A stretch of 62,379 nucleotides of DNA, filler included, from Globobulimina sp. (taxonomy: Eukaryota): NCBI GenBank assembly GCA_003354225.1. It is 34 parts of 34 records of this genome, joined end to end, with 100 filler letters (N's around TTAATTAATTAA, not from the genome) between each part and the next. Parts side by side here need not be neighbours in the genome. Positions count along the whole stretch, not along the records: positions 47,790 to 49,526 come from PIVH01012535.1; positions 49,627 to 51,363 come from PIVH01012536.1; positions 51,464 to 53,199 come from PIVH01012537.1; positions 53,300 to 55,035 come from PIVH01012538.1; positions 55,136 to 56,871 come from PIVH01012539.1; positions 56,972 to 58,707 come from PIVH01012540.1; positions 58,808 to 60,543 come from PIVH01012541.1; positions 60,644 to 62,379 come from PIVH01012542.1; 26 more parts are not named here. One strand, given 5' to 3'. Positions 49,499 through 60,645 of the stretch are shown here, piece after piece (positions within the stretch are counted from its first letter, which is position 1; each line of letters opens with the position of its first letter). The notes below the pieces were generated by a model that was not told where the DNA came from, made no database searches, and worked only from the letters and a program-made list of their open reading frames with translations. A program made the position numbers and the translations under genes.

Positions 49499-50597
49499 TT
49501 TTTGAACAACAACAAGAAAAGCAAAGNNNNNNNNNNNNNNNNNNNNNNNNNNNNNNNNNNNNNNNNNNNNTTAATTAATTAANNNNNNNNNNNNNNNNNN
49601 NNNNNNNNNNNNNNNNNNNNNNNNNNATTTTCAATATATGATCAGAATCCTAAGGGAAACTTCGCAGTCTAATATATATATTAGCTGTATAATATATAAT
49701 ATTAGTACTAATATGCGTACCTCTTATCGGGAACACTACTGTAATGTAAATAATATAATTGTCGCTTGAACCAACATTATGTTCAGGAAATATTAAAGTG
49801 TTTTATAACAGGTACAATGCTTTCTAATCCGTCTGCTCTCGCACTCTGTCTATATGGAACAATGTTTTTTGTTTTGTGAACTTTATAATAAAAACTAGTG
49901 CTCCTCAGAAATCAACAATTATTAGCATGAGCATGTCAACGCTCGCTCTGTTAAATTTTTTGCTTTCAACATTTCAACAACAGAAAGAAGATAATGCTAC
50001 AGAACAGGAATCAACACAGACGAAAGAATGTATGTATAATTATACAAAAACAGGAATGTGCATTTGAACTGTTTTAATGCAATAAAAAGCAATATAAAAT
50101 GCTGCAGTTCTTGTTGTGTTAAATGGGTATTTGCAATCGGGTCTTTCCACAGAAACTGTACGATCAAGGAAAAGATGAATTATTTTATGGAAATCTATTA
50201 CGTACATAATTATCGTTTGTCATTAAACCAATAAATATATCTTTCCCTAGCATGTAAACCAATAAATTAATGCATTCAATGATATCGTACCGTTTCTATG
50301 GAAACAGCCAATTAATATCTCCCATTAGCAAACACAAGGAGATTGCTACATTTTTTAAAAGTGTGACGAAATTAAAAAGAATTGATCCTCAGAGCGGTGA
50401 GGTTTTAAATCTCTTCTTCTCACACTTTTAGAAAAAATACTCCTCTACTTATGTTTGTACAAAACGTTTTCTGACTCTTAGTGGTTAAGATTAAAAACAG
50501 CGTGAAAAACTCTGTTGTCATGGATCGGTGCAAAACAAGTTAAGCATTTTCCAACAACAAACTATACCGTCATTACCAATAAAACGGGTCAAAATAA

Positions 50598-51363
50598 ATA
50601 GTTGAAGATGTAATCAAACGGATAGAATATGATGGCATAGAATATGTTCGTTTTGAAGCATCAAACTGCAACGGCCAATCATTTGGCAAGACCGTACCTG
50701 CGCGGCATATTAGATCAACATTTAAAACTGGCTTACCCATATTTTGTGGCACATGGTTTGTTTTTTTACGTATATTTTCATGTACAAAATACGTTACTTT
50801 ATATGTTTTCGTCCGTCTGTCATGTACGTACAAAATCCAACTGCTAAACACCGTTATTTTAATTTTCTGTTTTTTACGCATGGTGTCAGACAAAAGCATT
50901 TATTCAGACTTTGATTATTTGCCCAAATGTTAGGTTTTTTACTGCATTATATGGTGTTATTCATGATACAGAGGAAGAAGGTTTAACATATCGTAATGTA
51001 TTTAATTTCCCGTATCCAGACACATATACAATAGTGCCATATTCGAAAAATAGCAAAGTTGCGCGCATTATGATGTATCCATTGCTCAATAAAATCACAA
51101 AACAAGTATGGCCGCTGGACCCTCGTTCAATATGTTTACTACAATTACGCGAATTAAAAGCAATGGGATATAGTTTATATTCCTCCTTCGAACACGAATT
51201 CCAAATCATTGACAATTCGACAGCCAAACCATTATGGAGTGGGACAGAATATTGTTCCCACAATAAATTCAATTTAAATCAAGATTTTGCCTTTGAAATT
51301 GACAAATATTTGTGTCAAATGGGCGTTGATATAGAAACAATGCACGTGGAATACTCGCCGGGT
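50598..51363 (+). CDS. Glutamine synthetase I / lengsin-like protein; intron 50757-50933, start frame-broken, 3'-partial
   Basis: IEYVRFEASNCNGQSFGKTVPAR; DPRSIC..QL..LK..G...FEHEF; ETMHVEYSPG. Confidence 0.85.
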
Positions 51364-51464
51364 NNNNNNNNNNNNNNNNNNNNNNNNNNNNNNNNNNNNN
51401 NNNNNNNTTAATTAATTAANNNNNNNNNNNNNNNNNNNNNNNNNNNNNNNNNNNNNNNNNNNNA

Positions 51465-53199
51465 TACAAATTGGAAAAATATGGATGGACATTCACAACA
51501 CCGACACATTTACATCGAGTTGGCTTTGAACCGCCAGCGGAAAAACCATTTTTAATCACATTTATTGATTATAATAAGAAAACACACACTGACACAGCTC
51601 GTACTGAACACCCGCAACAAAAATCAGCAATGCTGCCCTTTTTTAGAACTCTCTCTCAAAAACTGATGGTGAATAATGATGCAACACCCTATGAACCGGT
51701 TGGTGATGAAACAGATTTGTTTTATGAGGATGAGCTGGAGAAGAAAGATAACAATGAAATGGAGGCAAAGTACAATTTCATTGACCATAATCCAAAGAAT
51801 TGTGTGTTATCCAAACAGATATTTGACAAATTGGAGTATCAACAGACATTGATTGAGATGTTAAAATGGAGGATATCAAATGATGAAATTTTCGATTATA
51901 ATATGAACTCATTACAAAATAAATTTGTTGACGGCTGTGAAAATGTTGAATCCTTAGTATTGGATCCATTGCCAATGCAATTATATGACATATTCTCTCC
52001 GACAAAATTGAACTGTGATCATATTCAGAAACAGAAGAAACGGAACATCTCATTTGAAATTATAGTGCAAATATTTCCAAATGTAACTGATTTGTTTCTG
52101 ACAGCAACGACATTTAATCCAATGTTTTGCTATAAATTTATCGATTTTATTAACAAAAACGAGCATATTAATATTGACATGAAATTAGAGAGGATATTTT
52201 TTTCGAGAAAGAAACCGATTCGAGAGCGAGATATAAATATTGTGGTGTGCAGGTTGAAGGAAATGGGGTGGAATGTCATTAGAACTCAACAAATGGTCAC
52301 AAAAATAACCAAGAAAATTATCGTGCAACGCAGCGTTCCGCCACTTCCTTGGACATGTAATCATTGCCATTATTCCAATCGTACATTAATGATTGACAAC
52401 AATTATGTATTTCCGCTGAACAAATGTGGACTATGTTCAATGGAAGAAAATGCAGACATAAAATATGAGATAAATGACGACGAAAAACGTTTTTGTGCCG
52501 CTCCAAATGTCTCACACCAATGGAAAAACATTGTGAATAGAAAATGTTTCCGTGCATTGCACAGTTTATCGTCAGAGCAATTATTATCCGTTTTATCTGA
52601 ATATGCATTTGATAGCATTGACCATCCGCTGTTGATACAGCATAAAGAACGGATAATTGCGTACTTTGAAAACAATCAAATCAGTGGAGCACAGTTCGTA
52701 TCGTCGAAAAAAAAAGAATTAGCAGACGCAATATCATCTGCGGAGGGTTGCAATAATAAGAAATTAAAGGGTCCGTTAAAAAGAAAGTTATTTCCGAGTA
52801 TAGAGGAGCACGCTGTTGATATCATCGATTTTATACAACATGTTGAGGAGGAAAAAGTTGATAATGACTGTGCTGCAGTAGACAGAGTCAGATTTATTTT
52901 GAAATATTTTGAACAGTGGACAGAACAGGTTATAATATTATGTTTTTCTCTATTTTTCAACATATAAATGCTTAATTTTATATATATTTGTTAGCTTTCT
53001 TCAACAAATGGAAAATATCCGTGGTGCATTAAACAATTCTTATCAACTTTGCCAGATTACAATGCGGTGAAATTGTTGAATGATATCGATCATATTATTA
53101 GCATTCACCGCAGTGTACTTAGTATGAACTGCCAAAATGGGAATAAATGTATTCATTTTTATAGAAATAAGCGCGATACAAAAAAGTACAAAATGTCAA
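51465..53199 (+). CDS. Hypothetical protein with a RanBP2-like zinc finger; intron 52929-52994, partial
   Basis: WTCNHCHYSN...CGLC; the intron joins the 53049 ORF in frame. Confidence 0.65.
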
Positions 53200-53301
53200 N
53201 NNNNNNNNNNNNNNNNNNNNNNNNNNNNNNNNNNNNNNNNNNNTTAATTAATTAANNNNNNNNNNNNNNNNNNNNNNNNNNNNNNNNNNNNNNNNNNNNG
53301 G

Positions 53302-53814
53302 CAATGTGAATGTGCGCGAGATTCCATGTTTGCTGGATATCATTGTATTACTCCGAAGAGTGCATTGGGAATGGCGGTATACGCGGTGACTGGGACTGGT
53401 GCTGACAACATCGATGATAATGTACAAAGTGTGCATGTTGTTGGTGGAAAGATGGAAGATAAGAATGAAAAGAGGGTTGGAGATGAGGCAAATAAGGATG
53501 ATAAATCTGAGCGATGGAAAGCTGTTTTGAGGAATGGTAAACAGAGAGAGATGAAACACAATAAAGAGTTATCTGTTGTAGGTGCTGCAAACAATAAATA
53601 CTCGGATAAGACATTTGAAGTTGATGTTGGTGCGGATGGTGTATCAAATTGGGTGAAAATGCCAAACATATCGATTGTTTTAATATGTAGTATGGTGTTT
53701 GTATCGATTGCTTTGTTTGCAATGTATAGAAGGAAACAAAATGGATATAAGTATTCAAAGGTTCAATTGTATGATAATGAACCGGTTAATGGTCCGTTGC
53801 TTGTAAATCATTGA
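53302..53814 (+). CDS. C-terminus of a single-pass membrane protein
   Basis: Frame open from the contig start; TM followed by YRRK. Confidence 0.55.
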   Translation, partial: QCECARDSMFAGYHCITPKSALGMAVYAVTGTGADNIDDNVQSVHVVGGKMEDKNEKRVGDEANKDDKSERWKAVLRNGKQREMKHNKELSVVGAANNKYSDKTFEVDVGADGVSNWVKMPNISIVLICSMVFVSIALFAMYRRKQNGYKYSKVQLYDNEPVNGPLLVNH

Positions 53815-53976
53815 TTGCATCTTTTTTTTAATTTATTATTGTATCATGTCCGCTGCAGACTAAATTTATTCATAATCGTAAATCACCGCAGATTCTGCTC
53901 CAAATTCTATTTTAATTTTGCTTTTTTTTTCAGAAGTTTCTGGAAATTCTGTCAGGTTTACCGTTTACTGCTTATC

Positions 53977-54729
53977 ATGGATTTGTGTGTTGATATTGAT
54001 TATACAAGCAACAGAGTCTCTGATTTGCAGAATCAAATGATTCAGTCCCTGCAGCCAACATCGATACGTTCAATGCACACAAACAAAGTGGACTGCAGAT
54101 CAGAACAACAAAAAACGGAAATATTTGTGCTACGGCAACAATTAGAAACAATCCAATCAAAATACGCCAAATTAAAGATTGTAAACAAAAACTTAACAGA
54201 AAGTACATTGCAACAAAAGTCAACAATCAAGCAACTAATAGCTACAATAGAAACTTTGGAAAAACAAAACGATTACAAAGCATTACAAATATCATGCATT
54301 GGGAAGAAGATTGCATTGGAAATTAATGATAGACATGAAAATAATATGGAAACATTAAAAAAGAAGTTTGAGCATAATTTGAATCATTTCCAGCACCAAA
54401 TAGCGGATTTGTCAAACAAAATAGTGGATTGTAAGAAACTGTATTACCAACAGTCTGCCAAGCATATAAATGAAGCAATCGTTTGGAAAGCCAAGTATTT
54501 GAGTATGAAATATAAATTGGAGCAAAATGTAAAACAGCAACAACATAAAAAGCAAACGTTGATGGTTAGCAAACCAAATTTTAATCCGATTGAATGGTTT
54601 GAATGCACGCGTATCGGAATAGCGCTTGTTTTGTTATTTGTAATGTTTTGTTTGTTGTTTGTATGGAATAAATGTGAGCAATGTGTCAAGAAATATTTAT
54701 GTTTGTTGTATGCAAAAGTTGTTTGTTAA
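53977..54729 (+). CDS. Coiled-coil protein with a C-terminal TM segment
   Basis: Heptad-rich ORF from ATG 53977; IGIALVLLFVMFCLLFVW. Confidence 0.55.
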   Translation: MDLCVDIDYTSNRVSDLQNQMIQSLQPTSIRSMHTNKVDCRSEQQKTEIFVLRQQLETIQSKYAKLKIVNKNLTESTLQQKSTIKQLIATIETLEKQNDYKALQISCIGKKIALEINDRHENNMETLKKKFEHNLNHFQHQIADLSNKIVDCKKLYYQQSAKHINEAIVWKAKYLSMKYKLEQNVKQQQHKKQTLMVSKPNFNPIEWFECTRIGIALVLLFVMFCLLFVWNKCEQCVKKYLCLLYAKVVC

Positions 54730-54781
54730 TTTCAATGGTTCAATTTTCAAAAACCTACTTTAAGTTTTTTATTTTCGCATA

Positions 54782-55035
54782 ATTGTTTTTTTAAAGAAAT
54801 TTGTGCACTATGGACTAGTTTTTGTTTGCAAACCAATTTACTTTTTATTAAAACTGATTTATTTTACATTGCAACCAATTTACTGTTGCAGAAAGCGAAC
54901 AAAATTTTGATGAAAACGAATTTTAAATTAACATTAAATTGGTTGCAATGTAAAATAAATCAGTTTTGATAAAAAGTAAATTGGTTTGCAAACAAAAACT
55001 AGTCCATAGTGCACAAATTTCTTTAAAAAAACAAT
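54782..55035. repeat. ~100-bp inverted repeat with a ~53-bp loop, running to the contig end
   Basis: Arms 54782-54882 and ~54935-55035 are reverse complements with one mismatch. Confidence 0.9.
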
Positions 55036-55137
55036 NNNNNNNNNNNNNNNNNNNNNNNNNNNNNNNNNNNNNNNNNNNNTTAATTAATTAANNNNNNNNN
55101 NNNNNNNNNNNNNNNNNNNNNNNNNNNNNNNNNNNGA

Positions 55138-56673
55138 ATTTTAACCACTGCCTTGGCTTATTTAGGTATTAAAAATGAGTATTATTTCATCCCAAAAGGA
55201 TATATTGTTTTCTTTGGGTTAGCTGTGCTGTGTTGCGGCTGGCTTCGGCAATTAATGAGAGATACATTGGATTTATGCGACAACCCAGCAATAAAAGATG
55301 CATTTGGTGTAGTCGTTGATTATGATTTTAGTAATTACCATCTTTGCTGTCGTTGGTTTGATAATCAATTTTTGATTTTATGGGGGTGTTTTTTAGGAAT
55401 ATCTGTGGCTGGAATGAGAAACATCAAACAACATAAAAAAGGCGAAGCAGTTTTCGCTAAATTGCAAGAAAAATATAAAGAGAACTGCTACAAACAACAA
55501 TTGGATATTATTAAAAAACGAGCAGATATGTTACTGTCTCCACTTAATTCGAAAAAAGTAGGCTTTGGACCAACGAGAGGCAGGAAAATATTTATTTGTT
55601 GTTCGTGCAAACAAATGTATTGGAATAGCATTACTAACAGTTATTACTGGATGGAGAGGTTTACATTTTGTTCGATATTGTTATATTCTGCTTTAGCTTC
55701 CATCGCTCCTTTGATTGTATACGAATCGCATAAAGTGTACAATGAAGAAAAAGCTGCGGCAAATGACAAAGAGTCTGTGTTTAAGAAAGATGCGGCCAAT
55801 GTTTTTTTAATTGCAATGTATTGTGCAATTTCTTGGATATCGCTGATGTTTTTAGCCACCACATTGGAAAGAGTCAAATCTGTTTATCAGAATGCTTATG
55901 AAATTGTTAAATTATTGTCGAAAAATGCTGAATATGCGGAATGGAACAATGTTAAAGATATACAGCTATGGTGGGATGTTCGTAGTTATTATATTAAATA
56001 TAAAATCCCAATGTATTATGAACTTTGCTTTCCAATCTATGTTTCTGCGCTTATTGCCATGATATTAACTACGATCTGGAACTTAATTACGCTGTTAACG
56101 TACCAGCAACCGCGTGATATTGAATTTGAAGACTCTGACTCTGTGGCTGGCGAAATTGGGTATAGTTTCATTGTATTGGTGGGTTATATCAATCATAATT
56201 TGCTTGCGTTCATGGCAAGTTTCTTTTTTATTGTAGTATCCTTAGTTTTTGTGAGTGCGTCAATCAAACCATACAATTCGTTGTCAGAACATATTAAAAT
56301 GATAACGACCAAAATTATTGATATGCAATTTGAAAATTTTACGCTGGATAATAAGAAAGGCAATAAAAATGAAGAGGCAATATTCAAATCAGTAGAGGCG
56401 CAAAGTGAGATTGAACTGGTTTTGCGGAGTTATAATTATGTCCAATTGCAAGATAATGACGATGTGGATTATAAAAAGAAAAAGAAAAATAACACTGAAA
56501 TGATTGAAATGGCTGAAAAATTAATTGAAGAGATGCAAAAAGAAAATTTTGGTCCGAAAGTTTGTGGAATGACATTAAATTGGGCGTCGGTTCAGATTTT
56601 TAGGGGTTATGCCATGAGTATTATTATTGCGGTTGTTGACAAATTGATATATGATTCAGTGAAAGAAGGGTAA
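55138..56673 (+). CDS. Multi-pass membrane protein of unknown function, 5'-partial
   Basis: Open frame of over 500 aa with at least 6 hydrophobic segments. Confidence 0.7.
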   Translation: MLTTALAYLGIKNEYYFIPKGYIVFFGLAVLCCGWLRQLMRDTLDLCDNPAIKDAFGVVVDYDFSNYHLCCRWFDNQFLILWGCFLGISVAGMRNIKQHKKGEAVFAKLQEKYKENCYKQQLDIIKKRADMLLSPLNSKKVGFGPTRGRKIFICCSCKQMYWNSITNSYYWMERFTFCSILLYSALASIAPLIVYESHKVYNEEKAAANDKESVFKKDAANVFLIAMYCAISWISLMFLATTLERVKSVYQNAYEIVKLLSKNAEYAEWNNVKDIQLWWDVRSYYIKYKIPMYYELCFPIYVSALIAMILTTIWNLITLLTYQQPRDIEFEDSDSVAGEIGYSFIVLVGYINHNLLAFMASFFFIVVSLVFVSASIKPYNSLSEHIKMITTKIIDMQFENFTLDNKKGNKNEEAIFKSVEAQSEIELVLRSYNYVQLQDNDDVDYKKKKKNNTEMIEMAEKLIEEMQKENFGPKVCGMTLNWASVQIFRGYAMSIIIAVVDKLIYDSVKEG

Positions 56674-57061
56674 TAATTTGTTTTGTATATGTTTTTTTTG
56701 TATATTTTTGTTTTTTTTGGATGTTTTTTTTGTCATGTACAGTTTTTGTATGTTTAATTTTTATCTTAGTCAATAAGTATGTTACATCGTCTGAACGGAG
56801 TTCAGCTTACACTTGATTTGCTTATTGATTCTACACTGAAACATGGCAACTACAACAGTCGACTACGAAATNNNNNNNNNNNNNNNNNNNNNNNNNNNNN
56901 NNNNNNNNNNNNNNNTTAATTAATTAANNNNNNNNNNNNNNNNNNNNNNNNNNNNNNNNNNNNNNNNNNNNCAAATAATTATTTGTAGACATTGTCTTGT
57001 CAGAGTGCAAGGATTGCGTTTCCGCGTTAAACAACATTATATATAATATAATACAACATAA

Positions 57062-58012
57062 TTACATTAATATACATTCGCATGAAAGTCTTGAAAGGGC
57101 TATCTTTGCAACAGTTCGTCCCAACTTTTTATCATTATCGCTTGACGGCGAAGTATATTTGGGAAGATCCTGCAATGTGCTTCTTGTCGCATGACATAGT
57201 CTCTCCCATTTCTCTAATTGTTTGCAGAAACCGAGATTTGGTTCAATGATACTTCTGCAACTTTGTGTAAAATAATAAGCCTCATTTAGCTTCATATAAA
57301 CCACATTATGCTTTGCCTTTTTTACTTTATACTCATTATACTCCTCTCGCTCAAATTTATCCAACTTCATTTGCGTTATGTTATATCTATACATCTGCTC
57401 CTCATTCAAACACACTTTGCTTGAGATTAAATATGCAATCACAATGGCCACCGATCGCGAAATCCCCATCTCACAATGTATCAAAATCTTATGTGTGGCT
57501 TGTTTTGTACGTAGCGGGTTGCATAAATCGATAAATGTCTTTGCTGCATAAAAATAGTCATAGATGTTAGCACAAGTTACGTCAATCACTGGTATTCGCG
57601 CATACGTTATATCCTCACAATGCAAATAATATGTTGGTATAATATCACTGCAGCACAATATATGAGTTATTCCAATGTCTTTGAGTGTTTCTAACGATTT
57701 ACAATGGGAATGATCACCGAGAAACAACCAATCGCTCACAATCGCATCTGGTCGCGACCAAATTTGGTTCATTTTCATTTCGATGGATTGTAGTATGGAA
57801 TGTTGGAGAGCATCATCTTCATCTTTGCTATCGTCATCCTCTGTTTTTAATAGAATGTGTTTGAGTTTATATGTTGGGAAATCAGGTAAACTATTGATGA
57901 GATGGTTTATTTTGGGCATTGCGTCCAGAGAAATTTGTATATCCATCTCAATCAATTTTTGCTTGCCTACGTACATGCTGCTGTGGCAAGCGTTCATGGT
58001 TGCTGTAAACAA
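57062..58012 (-). CDS. Dual-specificity phosphatase
   Basis: WLFLGD, IGITHIL, IPVIDV, LIHCEMGISRS, IIEPNLGFCKQL. Confidence 0.9.
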   Translation of the reverse strand: MFTATMNACHSSMYVGKQKLIEMDIQISLDAMPKINHLINSLPDFPTYKLKHILLKTEDDDSKDEDDALQHSILQSIEMKMNQIWSRPDAIVSDWLFLGDHSHCKSLETLKDIGITHILCCSDIIPTYYLHCEDITYARIPVIDVTCANIYDYFYAAKTFIDLCNPLRTKQATHKILIHCEMGISRSVAIVIAYLISSKVCLNEEQMYRYNITQMKLDKFEREEYNEYKVKKAKHNVVYMKLNEAYYFTQSCRSIIEPNLGFCKQLEKWERLCHATRSTLQDLPKYTSPSSDNDKKLGRTVAKIALSRLSCECILM

Positions 58013-58196
58013 GGTTTTTGAAAGTTTTTGTATTAATAAGATTATAGCTTACAAGTGAGTCATTTTGAATATCAATATTGATCGTCATTCTTTACCGAAC
58101 CACTAAACATCCAAATGGATATTCATCGAGTGTCTAAATCATATGGATATAATTTGTGTTTTAGTTTGCGGCACTAAATAATATGAAAACGTATAA

Positions 58197-58707
58197 CTAA
58201 ACTGTCTTAAAAAATCTTTCGATTAATTCGATGATTGAAACTGGTATAATATGTTTAGTATTCACTGTGAAATTAATCTGTCGGATATAAGCCTTTGTAA
58301 TCATTTCATGAAATTTTAAATATTTTGAGTTTAATGAGTTTGGGAAATATTTATGAACGGTGCTTCCCATCACAAATGGTCCAATTATATACTCCAAATT
58401 ATATTTATCTTCCTCCTTAATCTCTAATTTCCAGCATATAATTTTATCATTTTCGTTGCATAATGTTCGTTTCAATACTTTTTCAGCGATATCGTCCAAT
58501 TCAATCTGATAAATAGTGCTAAACGCATCAGTCAAATCATTGCCAAACAACGAAATATCAATATCATCCTCGAGCTCTTCAGTCTTTACATCTAATTTTT
58601 CGATAATTTTTAAATCCGGCACTTGTGTTCTCAAATCTTGTTCTATCGCATCAACATATTGCAATCCATGTGACAGTATAAATAATAAAGAAGATAAACG
58701 TGACGGT
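58197..58707 (-). CDS. Hypothetical protein C-terminus
   Basis: Frame open from the contig end; finishes AYIR...IPVSIIELIERF. Confidence 0.5.
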
Positions 58708-58819
58708 NNNNNNNNNNNNNNNNNNNNNNNNNNNNNNNNNNNNNNNNNNNNTTAATTAATTAANNNNNNNNNNNNNNNNNNNNNNNNNNNNNNNNNNNNN
58801 NNNNNNNATTTAATTTAAT

Positions 58820-60543
58820 TTAATTTAGTTTATTATATAAAGCTTTGTATTCATTATTTTGTTGTTTCAATTTGTATGCTTTGTTTATATATTTTTTTGC
58901 ATAATTATTGTCATCAATATCTATATAAATATTTGCCATTAAATAATATGTTTTATGCTCATACAGAGTGTGATTGTGACATTTTAATGATTGTTTACAA
59001 TATTTTAACGATTTGAGATATTTTTTTTTATGATGATATAATATCATTGAATAATTATACAATATTTTGGGTGCAATATCTTTGTGATTGATATCGGATT
59101 TTAAAGCCAAGGCTTTCTCGAAATAAATGGAAGCGTCGTCATATTCTTGTTTGTCATATAATAAATTGCCATAAGTACTGTTCGTATATTCATGCTTTGG
59201 ATCTATTGAGAGACATAATTTTAAATACTTTTCAGATTCATCGTAATTACCAATAACATAGTTATAATATCCCAGATTATTTAACGTATTGCAATCATTT
59301 GGCGACAACAAATACGCCCTTTTTACCACCGATATCGCCTCGATATTCTTATTTAATTTATGCAAAACATGCCCATAATTCGTATAGTTTTCCACCATAT
59401 TTATATTGTTTAGAACCAATAAGTTATTCGCATTGTAATTATTATTCGATGTGTAAATATTTAATACTTTCCTGTAATAAACATCCGATAATTCATTATC
59501 TCCAATAATGGCCAGAAAATGTGCAAACTCTAAGTTTGAATAAAAATCATTCGAATTTGTATGTATTGCCTTCAAATAATATGATTTTGCACAATCAAAC
59601 TCATTCATATATTTATAGGTTTTTGCAATGTCAATCATAATTTGTGTATTATTGGCTTGTATTTGGTGCGCAATTTGCAAACACGACAGTGATAATCGAT
59701 AATTGTGTCCATTCTCATTCTCATTATCACGCAAATAAATGCCATACGTATAATTGGCATAAAAATGATTCTTATCAATGTCTAATATTTTAATTAATAT
59801 TTCTTTTGCTTTTTGCTTTTGCTGTTGCTCAACGTGATAATTTATGTAAATCCATGCAATGTTATGTAATGTATTTAAGTTATTTAAGTTGTTGTGGTTA
59901 TGCTTATTGCCATTATGTAGATATTTGTAATAATATTTTAAGGCTTGTTTGTATTTCCCACTCTGTTGGTACGTCCATGCAATGTCAAACTCCAAACTAT
60001 GATTATTTATAATGTTTGCCTTTATTTTGCGATATGTTTCTAACGCTTTCCTATAATTTTTAAATTTCTTGCTATAAATCCATGCAATTGATATCAAGCA
60101 ATTATCTCGGTTCTTATTTGTAAATTGTAGGTTTTTAGCAAAATAATTCAACGCTTTTTCATAATTTTCCACATTATGATAACAAACAGCGATATTAAAA
60201 TATAGTTTATTTTTTTCAATATGTTGCTTATTCATTTTATTATACATTTTGAGAGCGTCAATATAATTTTTATTATAATATTCTAAGACGGCGATGTTGT
60301 GAATGCAGTAAATGTCATTCTCATTATCTTTCAAATGCAGATATTTATAATAATATTTTAATGCTTTCGCGGATTCATTTAATTGTTGATAACAATATGC
60401 AATGTTTATATATAATATATCATTCATCTCAGTATTCATAATATTCATAATATTCTCATACATAATTAATGCTTCTTCGTATTCATCTTTATCAAATTTA
60501 TAATTTCCAATTTTTATCCAAATATTATTATCTATACTCTCTA
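58820..60543 (-). CDS. TPR-repeat protein, 5'-partial
   Basis: More than 10 TPR units (NIAxCY, ALKYY, LNNLGY, YFEKAL). Confidence 0.9.
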
Positions 60544-60645
60544 NNNNNNNNNNNNNNNNNNNNNNNNNNNNNNNNNNNNNNNNNNNNTTAATTAATTAAN
60601 NNNNNNNNNNNNNNNNNNNNNNNNNNNNNNNNNNNNNNNNNNNAA

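Noticed and set aside
1740-60643. Regularly spaced TTAATTAATTAA motif and ORFs ending in X...LIN
   Set aside because: Artificial spacer; ORF ends inside it are not biological.
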